Part shown: piece after piece, positions 1 to 13,603 of the stretch
How the letters are laid out: every line of letters begins with the position of its first letter
How positions within the stretch are numbered: position 1 is the first letter of the stretch
Origin: Octopus vulgaris
Taxonomy: Eukaryota
Direction: 5' to 3'
Assembly: GCA_951406725.2 (NCBI GenBank)
Contig: OX597816.1
Span: 5,828,001 to 5,892,000 of the forward strand
DNA length: 64,000 nucleotides
Position numbers and translations under genes: made by a program
Notes under the pieces: model-generated
Database searches by the model: none
Told to the model about the DNA's origin: nothing
What the model saw: only the letters and a program-made list of their open reading frames with translations

Positions 1-1084
1 ACTGTTTTTTTTTAAATATTTTATCACTTTCGGCGAAATGAAAGGCAAGTGAAGATCTCGACTGGATTTGATCCTAGAATGTCAAGAGCCAGAAGAAATA
101 TCGCAAAACATTTTATCCAATGCTCTAATGATCCTACCAGACGACCACTTTGAATGATAACACTTTAACGATGTTATAAGATACACAGAACATCTCTAAC
201 AAGGCAAGCTTGCTCAAATTATTATGGAATGGGAATATTCGTTGAAAAAGTCATTGTCTGAAATGTCTCGTTCATAGGAAGATACACAGTTAAGGTATGG
301 AAGCAACGGGCACCAGTCATATTTAAGAGATCTGCCTTAGACGATGAAAAAAATAACAGATCAGTTATTGTTTAGATGAAAAAGAATAAACTCCAACTTG
401 ACTCGTTATGACAGATACATTACAAGCAGAAGCTAGAATTAAGCGCTGACCCAAATATTCAAAATGCGACGGAATAATCCAGTTTGCGGTGAACGCCAAC
501 TGATCTTAAGTGGCACATTAATAAACAAAGATTGAAAGAGCAGCTATAAAATGTGATCTTTGCTGATATGACTTGAATGTTATTACGATGCCATTCACAA
601 AATTGTTATATTGGAATGACATTTGAGCAGCTAAAATAATACAGATTATTAGTTTTCACCTCATTTGTCAGCGACGACATCTTCTGATAAAGCGCATTGA
701 AATAACGCATATGCATGTGTGTGTGTGTTGTGTGAATGAATTATGTATATACAGCGTACACAAACACACAAATGCATATTTGAGTGTATGTGTGTCTATA
801 TGTATGTATTTATATACAGAAAGATATATATATATATATATGTGCATACTTATGCGCACACACGCTCACACACATACACACACATGAGAAAAAATAATTG
901 ACGTCACAACGTAAATACTTACGGCGACTACGATGTTTCGGTTGGCTGGCAATTATCAGACTGTACTTTATGAAAAATATGTACTTTACTGAAGAGTACT
1001 GAGTAATCTTTTAGGTTAATGTAAAAAATTTAATATCCAAGTCGAAAGAAAACAAAGATTAATATATTCCAAAACCAAAAAGGC

Positions 1085-1295
1085 AGCAATCTGATAGAAT
1101 CATTAACACGCCGAGCAAAATGCTTGGCGACATTTCGCCTGTCTTTAGGTTCTGAGTTCAAATTTAACCGAATTTGAGTTTGCCCTTCATTATTTTCGGG
1201 GCCGATAAAATAAGTACTAGTTGAACACTGAGGTCGATGTAATCGATTTACCCCATCCCTCTAACCTGCAGCCCTCGTGCCAAGATTTGAAACCA
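1085..1295 (+). mobile_element. Degenerate tRNA-derived SINE (family B)
   Basis: Matches better copies in the window (GTTCTGAGTTCAAAT B-box, TTTGCC.TTCAT...TTTCGGGG.CGATAAAATAAGTAC core). Confidence 0.7.
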
Positions 1296-1599
1296 ATAAA
1301 TGCATGCAAATAGTTACTTTCTCAGTCTGCTGCCTCTGGAGCAAAGCAGTGTCCACGGCCCTTCCAGGCTCTTCAAAACCAGTAAGATAGATGCCTTTAA
1401 GGTTTTGTACAAAATCTTAAGTCAACATCCGCAGAGAAGATATGAGTAGAGGTCAGGATTTTAATCTAAATTAAATGCATTCAAGCATTTAAATCTGACA
1501 TTAACAACGAGAAACTTTAGGTACTTAAAGAGTTAAGAAGGCAAACTTAAAGTTATTTCAAAATTGGTGTCTGAAAATAATTGGTACCTGCCATCTTTT

Positions 1600-1799
1600 A
1601 TCTTTTATATTTAATGTGCTACATATTTCGGCCATGCTGGGGCACCACCTTAAAAATCTTAGTCTGGTACTTAATCTTTCGGAGTCTTTTGTTGAAACGC
1701 TTGGTTGCGGAGGAGTAAACAGACCAGCAGTAACTGTCAGGCGGTGGTGGGGAACAAACACAGACAAAAAGACATACACACACACGTACATATATGTGT

Positions 1800-1871
<72 letters not shown>

Positions 1872-2257
1872 ACGACGAGCGTCTTTCAGTTTCTTATTTC
1901 TGTACTGTCCACAAGCTGCTACACACAGAGGGGAACAACAAGGACAGACAAACGGATTAAGTCAATTATATCGACCCCAGTGCGTAACTGGTACTTATTT
2001 AATCGACTCCGAAAGGATGAAAGGCAATATCGACCTCGGCGGAATTTGAACTCAGAACGTAACGACAGACGAAATACGGCTACGCATTTCGCCCGGTGTG
2101 CTAACGTTTCTGCCAACTCGCCGTCTTTCAGTTTCTGCACACCAAATCCATTCACAAGGCTATAGTAGGAGACACTTGCCCAAGGTACTTCGCAATGGGA
2201 CTGAACCCGGAACCATGTGGTTGGGAAGCAAACTTCTTACCAAGCAACCAAGCCTAT
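1600..2257 (-). mobile_element. SINE family A with internal (TG)n, interrupted by a family B SINE at ~1895-2122
   Basis: Family A motifs; inserted SINE flanked by perfect 14-bp TSD GTCTTTCAGTTTCT (1881-1894, 2123-2136). Confidence 0.8.
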
Positions 2258-2789
2258 ACCTTAAATTCCAACATTACTCATGAGAACAAATCAGAAACTA
2301 CAATTCCTGCATTACGTCTACCATTGAGATGTCGAGTTCCATTATTCTTTTATGTTTGTTGCTTGCATTATTTATTTTTTTTATCGCGTAGTTGTTTGGT
2401 AGAACTGAAGAAGTGAGTCACGAGTTGAACATGTTTTACGGATGTAAATTTGCAACGTATTTTGGAGGTGGTGCCAGGAAACTCCACAGATTCTTTTCGT
2501 ATTCCTTGACAAAAGTCACGAACCTGAATAACTTCTCGACAGTTTTGACGGTTCAGGCCCTCCAGGGATTCAACCAAATTAATAATAGTTGGCGAAACCG
2601 TCAACAATAGAACTTAAAAGCTTTTACGGATTTAATCACAGTAGTATATTGATTTCAACTTTTGGCACGTTGCCAGCAATTTTAGGGGAGGAGACTAGTT
2701 GAGTACATCGACCCCAGTACTCCACTGGTACATATTATATCGACCAGGAACCTTCACAAAGCTCCGGCAGGGTGTGGTGGCGAACCCTG

Positions 2790-3025
2790 CTGTACTCTTT
2801 CACCACAACTTTCTTTCCTTCTTGCTTCCTGTTTCACTTGTACCTGTATTTCAAAGGGACCAGCCTTGTCACACTCTGTGTGACGCTGAATCTCCCCACG
2901 AGAACTACGTTAAGCGTACACCTGTCTGTGGAGTATTCAGCCACTTGCACGTTAATTTCACGAGCAGGCTGTTCCGTTGATCGGATCAACTGGTACCCTC
3001 GTCGTCGTAACCGACGGAGTGCCAC
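2790..3025. repeat. Dispersed repeat, second copy at ~20930-21172
   Basis: Near-identical ...CCTTGTCACACTCTGTGTGACGCTGAATCTCCCC...GATCGGATCAACTGG...CGGAGTGCCA in both places. Confidence 0.8.
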
Positions 3026-3769
3026 TTCTAAACTAAGGCAAATAATTGAAAGATAGATTCTGAAAGACAACCGTAAGAATTTTCCATCATTCTCAGAGTG
3101 AAACAAGCAAAATGTAACCGAATTTTGAATCAGTCATTCGAAGAATTCTGCTATAGATTTGAATGAAGATTTAAATTCAAAATAATATTTATGCATATCG
3201 CATTCCTTCTAACACCCTCGTATCTGTATTTACCGTATTAATACGTGACACTATTGGTAATAAAATTTTGATATATTAGCAGCAGACGACACTACGGATG
3301 ACCGGGTGAATTGTTATTGACCAGAATTATTATCTAAACATTGATTTTTATTTTTCTGATTCTTAAAAGAATCTTGGTTAAATTCTACCAAAATGTGTTC
3401 CGAGAAACACTAGCAGGATTTGAAGCATTATCGCCTGAAATATCGAAGGATGAAGAACACATTTATGGTTTGCATACTTAAGCTCGAAGTAAATAATTAT
3501 TTATATATTCCTTAGTATCGTTATCTGAACAAAATACAGACACAGCCGGTTCTCAACACAATTTCCTTTCAGGCTGGAGGCTATAAAATAAATGGAGAAT
3601 TTATGCTTATCAGGAAGATTTTGGCTGTCACCCGTGGAGAATTCCAGACAATTTTTTTTTTCTGGGAAATCTGGCATCAAACCTTAATAGATATAACACA
3701 AGTTCTTTTAATGGAAACGAAATGTCGAGAATCTATCTATATATGTATATATATATATATATATAGATA

Positions 3770-4024
3770 TATTGGGTTGGTGCATAGTAATTGCGGCTTT
3801 TTTTCAACAAATTTTATTCAACAAAAACGATTACACCATGTAACAAAAACATCTTAAAATGGTTATTCCGGAGTATATTCACCATCTACTTCAGTTACTG
3901 CATCCCATTCGCTTGGCAGACGGTCAGACCGTCATTTAAAGACGTTTTTGTTAAATATTGTTATTGTTTTTGTTGAATCAAAATTCTGGAAAAAAAGCCG
4001 CAATTACTATGCACCAACCCAATA
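3770..4024. mobile_element. Tc1/mariner-type MITE in (TA)n
   Basis: TIRs TATTGGGTTGGTGCATAGTAATTGCGGCTTTTTTT / AAAAAAAGCCGCAATTACTATGCACCAACCCAATA; TA flanks; degenerate copy at ~45827-46045. Confidence 0.85.
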
Positions 4025-4043
4025 TATATATATACATATATAT

Positions 4044-4129
<86 letters not shown>

Positions 4130-4845
4130 ATATATATATATATGTATATGGTTGTGGAGGAGCGTGGCTTTCTGTTTCGGGTGTTACACTCATGTTGGCA
4201 AGATCGTCGTTTCGATTCCCATTCTGATGAATGCATTGTATTCTTGAGAGCAAAACACTTCATTTCACATTGCTCTTATCCACTTAAGTAGAGTAGAATG
4301 ATAATTTAAGTGCTACTATTTTCAAAAGTTCAGAGTGAAAGACGTGGAACTATTCTGCATCCGCCTTGCTTCCGGCTGGTATGCAAAAATTCTCTTGTTT
4401 TTATAAAGAGAACATGGCTCGAATCAATATATGTCTTGGATATGTTTTGATTGCCCGAGGATGATCACGTGTTTAGGGTTAGAAATTTTGTAGGTTCTTC
4501 GCTCTCGCCATGTCCGGGCGTTAATGTCATGCGACGATACTTTTCGACTCTACACCCGAAAAATAAGGCTGCCATGTGTTCGAGTGAACCTGTCTAGTGA
4601 GGCTCCCAACAAACGAAAACACACACACACACTAAAACACGCACTCGTATATGTACACATGTGTGTGTTTGTGTATCTATGTGTGTGAGTGTGTGTGTGT
4701 ACTGTTCAGCAGCAGGACTCATTAGAATGAAGGTATTCCCCAAAATAACTTTCTGACGCATCATTTGACACGTGACAGTCACAAAATACTGTGTAGTATT
4801 TAAATCTCATGGCTGTCATATGACATATTATGTTTTACAGATACC

Positions 4846-5058
4846 TATTTCTGTACTACTCACAAGGGGCCAAACAGGAAAAACAAGGACAGACAAACGA
4901 ATTAAGTCGATTATATCGACCCCAGTGCGTAACTGGTACTTAATTTATCGATCCCGAAAGGATGAAAGGCAAAGTCGACCTCGGCGGAATTTGAACTCAG
5001 AACGTAACGGCTACGCATTTCGCCCGGCGTGCTAACGTTTCTGCCAGCTCGCCGCCTT
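4846..5058 (-). mobile_element. tRNA-derived SINE (family B) with 15-bp TSD
   Basis: Minus-strand head AAGGCGGCGAGCTGGCAGAAACGTTAGC; TSD TGTTTTACAGA(T/C)ACC at 4831-4845 and 5059-5073. Confidence 0.85.
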
Positions 5059-5569
5059 TGTTTTACAGACACCGACGAGGTGTCGTCGTGTTGAACAAAC
5101 AGGTTACATAAAAACTCTAGTGTCGTTCGTAAACTGTAGGTGCATATGTGTTTATACAAACTTATATACAACTATACAGACGCTGATCCTCGCACTCCCT
5201 ACGAATTTATATGACGGCAGGAAAGGCCTGGCACCGGGGTTTGCAATATTCTGTTGTCTTTAGATATATGTATACTGCAAGTATTCATATACATGTCCAC
5301 AGGTCAATCTATATAAGTGTACGCATAGGTATTGTAAATTTAAAGAGAATACTTGATATGTGTAAGCACCTGTATATGCAAGATAGTGACAGAGCTGAGA
5401 GAGTATATATCAAATATAAATTAAAAACAGAACACAAAGGATATCGTCGTACACGTGTTTCAAGCTTTATAAACAATCCGTTATTACACCAGTGTATTTT
5501 TGATATAAAAGATGGTTTAAAGTTCTGTTCAGCCGCAAACATTGTTGGTCCAAAGATTACATCACAATA

Positions 5570-5980
5570 TAGCTATGTTGTCTTATGAAGAAAGGCTGAA
5601 GACGCTCGACCTTTATTCTCTAGAAAAACGACGACGCCGTGGTGATCTCATTCTTGCCCACAACATCATAAGCGGAAAGTGTAACCTCTCGAAAGAGCTG
5701 TTCTTCACTCCTGCTCCAGAGCGTCGGCTGTGTGGTCATTCCGAAAAGCTCTATCTGCGACGATTTCATCTCAATCGAAGGAGAAGGGCTTTCTCCATCC
5801 GGGTTGCGGATCCGTGGAATATGCTGCCGGACGAGATGGTGAAGATGCCGACGACCGCTCGGTTCAAGGTCTCCCTTGACCTCATGTGGCCTGAACTCTT
5901 TACATGAACACCACCCTGTACATAACTCCATGTCCCCCTACATGGCCTTGCTTTTTGCTTTTTGAGCCAAAAAATTAACT
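5570..5980 (+). mobile_element. 5'-truncated CR1-clade LINE: ORF2 C-terminus and 3' UTR
   Basis: LSYEERLKTLDLYSLEKRRRRGDLI...GHSEKL...AFSIRVADPWNMLP...FKVSLD is the typical CR1 ORF2 tail. Confidence 0.85.
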
Positions 5981-6726
5981 AGCTATACATATATAGGTAC
6001 CCGATCCAATGTAAGCTGCAGATACAACCTCGGGATTCTTTCAAGTGTAGTGCGTGTATGAAAGAAGAACAGGGCAGTTTATTGATAAGTTTTTAGATTA
6101 CATCATGACAACATCCGCCATCTTCAGGTGACTTTTAGACAAACAGATATATGGAGAATTTAAGTTGTCCAGATCTTTAAGTTTCATAGCATGAGAAATC
6201 ACTCACATCGCCCCATGGAAAGAGGAAGGAAGAAAGGTAAACGAGGGAAGCCGAAAACTAACTCAAGGCCTACAGATTGGCAAAAGAATCTGCTATGGTG
6301 CGCTACATTACAGAGTGCAGCTGTTTGAAGAATATGGTTCACTGACCGCTGAACCTATTAAGGTAAATGGAATACTAAATTAACAGTTACAAAGTGTTTC
6401 CGTTTCCCTACAAAGAAGAAATGTCTAACTAGCCATGATGTGATATTCAATACCGTAGGTCTGCACAAGGAAGAATCACCGATCAATTATATCCAATTTC
6501 TTTATTAGCCACAAGGGCCCAAACATAGAGGGGGACAATACAGCCTGATTGGGGTCAGACAAACAATGATTATATGACTTATGAAAGTGGAGCATGTAAT
6601 GTCGGCAATGGATAGGAATTCAGCGACGTGCCCTGGGTACTTTTCAACAGCCACTTTTAAACACATTGAAGAAAGCCCCGATAAAAACGCAGTTTTGGGG
6701 GGTATCTCCCATATATTCAACAATTT

Positions 6727-7016
6727 TTTATGCGCCCTTTTCAAGCCTAGCCAGGCTCGTGGGTCCAGTTTTCCGGTATCGATGGCGTATGTGCTCCCCC
6801 CAGCTGGACGGGACGCTAGTCCATCACAGCGTTACTCAAGAAACAGGAAGAGAGAGTGAAAGAAAGTTTGGCCGAAAGAGTACAACAGGGGTCGCCACCA
6901 CCCCTGCCGGAGCATCATGGAGCTTTTAGGTGTTTTCCCTCAATAAACACACATCGAAACCGCGGTCCTCCGACCGCGAGTCTGCTGCTCTAACCACTGG
7001 ACCATTGCGCCTTCAC
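6727..7016 (-). mobile_element. tRNA-headed SINE
   Basis: Minus strand GTGAAGGCGCAATGGTCCAGTGGTTAGAGC...GGTTTCGAT (A/B boxes). Confidence 0.7.
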
Positions 7017-7740
7017 TATATTCAACAAACTTTAAAATAATTAAAAAGCAGATAAACTATGCCCCACTCCTAAAGGCGGAAACAGAGCAGATGCTAAAGA
7101 TTGTAGACGTACCGAGTAATCCTGTTCCTCGAGCAAAGCAGCTTCCTCACTGAAATGCAATATGACTTAGCACTCACCCGCAAAAGAGAATGACCAAGTC
7201 GGCATCTACCAAACTTCCATTAGTTCCTTTTTAAATGACTATATAGTCACGAAGAATAATAGATGCCAACTTGTCCACCCACGATGGCGGTGGAATACTA
7301 TCGTGCACTCGAGCAAAGAGAAGTGATGTGAATTTCTCCAGAACTCTAACGCGGTATGGTACACGAATCGAAACGGCGACCTTACCAACGTGAAGCTAAC
7401 ACTGTAGTGACGAAACCACGTAACTCCACAATCGATATTAAAACGTATGGTTTATATATTTGAAAGTAGGTACATATTAGGAAGTAAAAAATTGAGATTT
7501 ACATTCTGTGTTTCCTTTGATGTTTAAAATATTCCAAATTTAAAAGCCTTTATGAGATAACAATTTTCTTTTCTTATTTAAATTTCAAATACCATCTTCA
7601 TCAAAAGCAAAGAATAAGAACGATGAGACCAACTCGCATTCAATATCATTATGATTCATTATCTTTTATTAGAGGACGAAACAACAACTACACACAATCA
7701 CAATCACACATCAGAAGAAAAAAAGCATACATGCGTTAAT

Positions 7741-7752
7741 GCATATGCATAC

Positions 7753-7825
<73 letters not shown>

Positions 7826-7898
7826 CACACACACATATATATATATACATACATACATATATATGTATATACAAGTGTGTATGTGTATATGTATGTAA

Positions 7899-7929
<31 letters not shown>

Positions 7930-8067
7930 CATTTATATACATATATATGTATGCATACACCCAACCACGCGCACACACACATACACACACACATATATAC
8001 ATATATATTTACATATATATATGCATAAATATATGTATGTATATATATAGGTACATATATATATATA

Positions 8068-8112
<45 letters not shown>

Positions 8113-8148
8113 GCATGTGTGTGTTTGTGTGTGTGTGTGTGTGTGTAC
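7741..8148. repeat. Compound (TA)n/(CA)n/(TG)n microsatellite
   Basis: Directly visible. Confidence 0.95.
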
Positions 8149-8816
8149 ATGCTTAAGAGAAAGCATACATCTACATTCTCTGCATTCTCAACGTGAGAAA
8201 AATGGCACTTGGTAACTCTCGCAGCGCACCCATTCAAATAATTTCAGTGTGTTTTTTTAGAAGCCTGCATTTCATTTTAGAAAGATACGTGAAAATGAAA
8301 ACACTAAGAAAATATAAAAATATTATTAAATTGACAAAGGTTTGCAGTTTTTGAATAACTAAAGTTACTCTAATGTTGGCATTATGAAAAAATTGATCGA
8401 ATCACTCGTAGCTCGATTCCAGTTTTAAAAAAATATCAAAACTTACATAATTCTTCGAAAAATAACTTTCTGATGCATCATTTCACATGTGACAGTCACA
8501 AAATACTAAGTATTATTTAAATCTCAAGGCTGTCATATGACATGTTATGTTTTACAGATACCGATGAGGTGTCATCGAGTCGGACGGAGAAGTTACAAAA
8601 ATAAACTATAGTATCTTTCGTAAACTGTAGGTGCATATGTCTATATACAAACATCTATACAAGTTCACAGACGCTCACACTCGCACTACCTACCAGTATA
8701 CATACATACATACATACATACATACATACATACATACATACATACATACATACATACACACATACACACATACATACATACTTACATACATACATACATA
8801 CGTACATACATATATG

Positions 8817-8856
<40 letters not shown>

Positions 8857-9436
8857 AATTTACTTGGAGGAAAGAAACGAAACGATGCGAGGCGCTCAGT
8901 CATATGATAACAATTTAATAAATAAAATATATGCATACATACATACATACATATATGTACGTACCTACATCTATATGTAGAAGACAACGAGAAACGAAAA
9001 CATAAAAACAAACTAGGAAACGGACTTTTTTTAACAACGAAAAAACAGAGTACAAGACAAACAATACAAGGAATATTCCCCTTCATCAGCTGTCCCTGAT
9101 TCGACTCAATGCGTGTTTCGAAGGTAAGGGCAGAACACGATCCGGCCGAAGCAGTCCTTCCTGCAAAATGAATTAAATAAAATTCTTTTGCAGAGGGGTA
9201 AAAACCATCGATTATATAACACCGTTTACAAACTCTATGCTTGGAATGATCAATTTTAAATACTATTGGAACTTACTCACAAGGTACAGAAATCTTATAT
9301 GTATACCATTCTGCCTAAATAATGCAACTGCAGATAAAATATCCCTGCATATCTCTCGTCGGTTTTCATTCCTCCACATCACTCTCTCTTTCATATCATA
9401 TCTAGAATAACTATTGCTAAACCCTTTTCTCACACC

Positions 9437-9484
9437 GTCTCAGATGAAGGGATATATAACATATCTCGGAAACAGCTGTAAGAC
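9437..9484 (+). ncRNA. Minimal type I hammerhead ribozyme-like relic
   Basis: GTCT-CAGATGA-A-GGGATAT(ATAAC)ATATCTC-G-GAAA-CAGCTG-TA-AGAC; core has U4A. Confidence 0.6.
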
Positions 9485-9558
9485 CTCTTTATAAATCTCC
9501 TGAAATCTTTCACTGCCTTGGATTCTTATCTCATTCTCTTAATTTATAAATAATATAT

Positions 9559-9997
9559 AGGCACAGGAGTGGCTATGTGGTAGATAGCTTGCTTGCCAAC
9601 CACATGGTTCCGGGTTTTGGCAAGTGTCTTCTCCTATAGCCTCGGGCCGACCAAAACCTTGAGAGTGGATTTGGTAAACGGAAACTGAAAGAGGCCTGTC
9701 GTATATATATATGTATATGTGTGCGAGTGTGTGTGTGTGTGCGTGTGTGTTTGTCCCCCAACATCGCCTGACAACCGATACTGGTGTGTTTGCGTCCTTG
9801 TGACTTGGGGGTTCTGCAAGGAGACTGATGAAATAAGTGCTGGGCTTAGGAAGAATGAGTCGTGGAGTCGATTTGCTTGAGTAAAGGTGGTGCTCCAGCA
9901 TGGCCGCAGTCAAATGACTGAAACAAAAGAAGAAAAGTAAAAGACCAAAGCCTTGTGAGTGGATTTGGTAGACGGAAACTGAAAGAAGCCCGTCGTA

Positions 9998-10037
<40 letters not shown>

Positions 10038-10260
10038 TGTGTGTGTGTGTCTGTGTTTGTCTCCCTAGCATTGCTTGACAACCGATGCTGGTGTGTTTAT
10101 GTCCCCGTTACTTAGCGGTTCAGCAAAAGAGACTGATAGAATAAGTACTGGGATTACAAAAGAATAAGTCCTGGGGTCGAGTTGCTCGATTAAAGGTGGT
10201 GCTCCAGCATGACCGCAGTCAAATGACTGAAACAAGTAAAAGAGTAAAGAGTAAAAGAGT
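9559..10260 (+). mobile_element. Two adjacent SINE family A copies
   Basis: GGAGTGGCTATGTGGTAG head; tail ...CAAATGACTGAAACAAGTAAAAGAG; second copy 5'-truncated. Confidence 0.8.
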
Positions 10261-10304
10261 ATATATGTATATATTTGTATGTATTCTATTATTTTTTTAT
10301 TCTT

Positions 10305-10512
10305 ATATTCTTTTACTTGTTTCAGTCATTTGACTGCGGCCATGCTGGAGCACCACCTTTGGTCGAAGAAATCCACCCCGGGACTTATTCTTTGTAAGCC
10401 TAGTACATATTCTATTGGTGTCTTTTGCCAAACCGCTGAGTTACGGGGACGTAAGCACACCAACATCGGTTGTCAAGCGACGGTGGAGGGAGAAATACAA
10501 ACGAACACAAAT
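10305..10512 (-). mobile_element. SINE family A 3' half
   Basis: CTTTTACTTGTTTCAGTCATTTGACTGCGGCCATGCTGGAGCACC. Confidence 0.8.
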
Positions 10513-10542
10513 ACATGTTATGTCTGTGTGTATGTGTGTTTG

Positions 10543-10594
<52 letters not shown>

Positions 10595-10624
10595 GAGAGA
10601 GAGTTTTTGAAGTGATATACAGAT

Positions 10625-11262
10625 ATTGTATATTTAGAATAACAAATAGTCAGAATGTTAAATGATTAAATATATATTTTTATTTACATTTTTTAGCGCT
10701 TTCTTCCGTTATCGGATTTATCAAAGTGGTTTACAGTAAGTTTGCTTAGTGTTTTTATATAAAATTGAAATTGATGTATTAGAAAGGGAGAGAGAGGGGA
10801 TGAGGTTGAGGGAGAGGATAAAATTGAAAGGAAGGTGCAGGAGTGAGAGACGAGGAGATAGTGGGAGATAGTGAAGATAGAGAAGAGAGAAGAATTAAGG
10901 AGTGTGTTTTGGGATTGTATTCTTGTTTATAGGGGTTTGCGACAATCCTAAAACACACTCCTACTACTTTCTTTTCTCTTCTTTGTCTTCACTATCACCC
11001 ACTCTTTCCTTTTCTCTCACGCCTTCACTTTCCTTTCTTATTTTGTTCCTCTCTCCCCTCCCCATGTCTCTCTCTATCTCTCTCTCTCCCTTTCTAAAAA
11101 TCATCAGTTACAATTTTATAGGAAAAAAATGCGAAGCAAACTCACTGTAAACCACTTTTTTGATAAATTTGATAACGAAAGAAAGTGCTAAAAATGTAAA
11201 TAAAAGTATATATAACCATCCAACATTTTGACTACCTTGTTAGTTTCAATTTACAATATATA
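10625..11262. repeat. Imperfect ~640-bp inverted repeat (foldback)
   Basis: TTATCAAAGTGGTTTACAGTAAGTTTGCTT vs AAGCAAACTCACTGTAAACCACTTT..TGATAA; centre GTGTGTTTTGGGATTGT / ACAATCCTAAAACACAC. Confidence 0.8.
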
Positions 11263-11593
11263 TTTAAGTAGGTGAATGAATTATCCTATGTTTATCGTCA
11301 GCATGGAAAATTCGTTTAACCGAAACCTGGGTAGCAAATTCACGTCAGAAAACACGGTTGAAGCGACCTGTCAAGGGTAGAAACTCCGGGTTCATGTGTA
11401 GAAATGTGTGTGTTGTATATGTATATGTATATATGTATGTATGTATATATACATACGACGGGCTTCTTTCAGTTCCGTCTTCTATATAAGCATGTATACT
11501 TTCTACATCAAGCACAAGCTTATTTGTTTATCTGCATCGCGATCGCTCTCTTTCTCTCTTACCCTCATTCTCTCTCTCTCTCTCACTCAATCT

Positions 11594-11639
<46 letters not shown>

Positions 11640-11957
11640 GTTTGAGTGTGGTTGAAATCTGTCGTTCCAGCACATAGTTTTTGTTTTTCATTTTAATCGA
11701 CAGAAACATTCCGGTCTGACACAACGACTGCCACAGATTTCGTCGATGGCACTTACCAAACCTGTCAGTCTGTGATGCGCAGAGAACTCAGGGTCTTTGA
11801 GTTAGATTTATAACTTCCTGTCGATTAGAAGTTATAAAGTTTGCACACGCACAGACACATATACATAAATGCAAAAATACATACATACCTACACATACAC
11901 ACACACGCACAAAGACATATATATTTGTATATATGTATATATATATTTATATCTACC

Positions 11958-11989
<32 letters not shown>

Positions 11990-12034
11990 TATATACATGG
12001 ATTGCCGTCATCTACATAAATATATATTTATTTA

Positions 12035-12082
<48 letters not shown>

Positions 12083-12681
12083 TATGTGGGGGGGGGGGTG
12101 CGTGTGTGTACGTATGTATATCGATATATGTATATATGTATGAAATGCACACCGCAATTATATAAAGAATGTTTGCCAGTAAGTTGTGTGTGTGTGTATG
12201 GCCGCATATGCGTTCACGGTTTATGATTGATTTCGGATTTAACACTTGTTTATAAAAATATACAATTTAATTCACTTCAGGATAAATCTAGATTGAAATT
12301 TATGAAGAAATTCTTGCTTTACCATTAATATAGTTCTCTGAAATAGATTTTCTTTCTAAGACTATAACAAAGAACAGTTTCAGGAACAAAGGGTGAAAAT
12401 GGATTTTAATATGATTTCGATTATTCTTGTATATTTTTCGCTCGCAAAATTCTTCAATCAGTTTGAATACGTAATACATAAATGCACACTGTATTTGCGT
12501 GCGTATACATACGAGTTCGTGTATGTGTGTGTGCGTATAGGCATATATAAATGTTTGTGTCAGTATGCATTACAAAAATTTAAATTTTAGTTATCAATAA
12601 CATTACCTGCATAAGAATTTATGTCTTTTATATACCTAGATACAAATATGTAAATGCATACATAAATACATTTTATATATG

Positions 12682-12723
<42 letters not shown>

Positions 12724-12744
12724 GATGCATATATATAAATACAT

Positions 12745-12775
<31 letters not shown>

Positions 12776-13164
12776 GTGTGGTGGCTATGGGTGTGTTGCT
12801 GTGTTTGTACAGTATTCATTTTGATTGAAATCATATGCCTTCTCCCTTAGCTTTCACATATTTTAATGCTTTATACATATAGACACACGTACACTCACAC
12901 TCACACACACACACACTCACAATTCATAAATGTAAAGATTTTAATGGATACACACACACACAGCACTACTGAATCGCAACTGTACATACAGGGGTACGCT
13001 CTCGTCAAAGCCTGACGAAGTCATAAACATACATAGAGAATACGGAAGTAAGATATGGATAATGAAATCAATACAGGCCTTCTTTTATTACTTAAGATTA
13101 ATATGCATACATACTCAATAAACAAATCTATATGTATCAACATACATATACTTATATATATATG

Positions 13165-13200
<36 letters not shown>

Positions 13201-13555
13201 TGTGTAATATGTGTGTTTGTGTGAATAGATGCATATATATATATGTGTGTGTGCGTGTGTATATTCAATAAAAGATTTCATCTATATGTAGAGGATCACT
13301 CAAAAGAAAGTATAAGAAGAGAGGTTTTGCAATGAAGATCTCCCTGCAGACAATAAATCATGTTGTCACAATATCCTATTGACTCGTTTCTATAAAAGAA
13401 TTTCTGTTTATGAAGTTCTACCCTCGAAAACATACCCGAAACGAAAAACACAATCCAGAATTAATATAACTCTTTTGGTTTTTCTCTTTCTCTTTCTTGG
13501 TCTACACACACACACACACACACACGCACACACACACACACACACACATACACAT

Positions 13556-13603
<48 letters not shown>

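Noticed and set aside
9075-9130. Minus-strand type II hammerhead (GAAAC...GTC...CTGATGAAGG)
   Set aside because: Stem I does not pair convincingly
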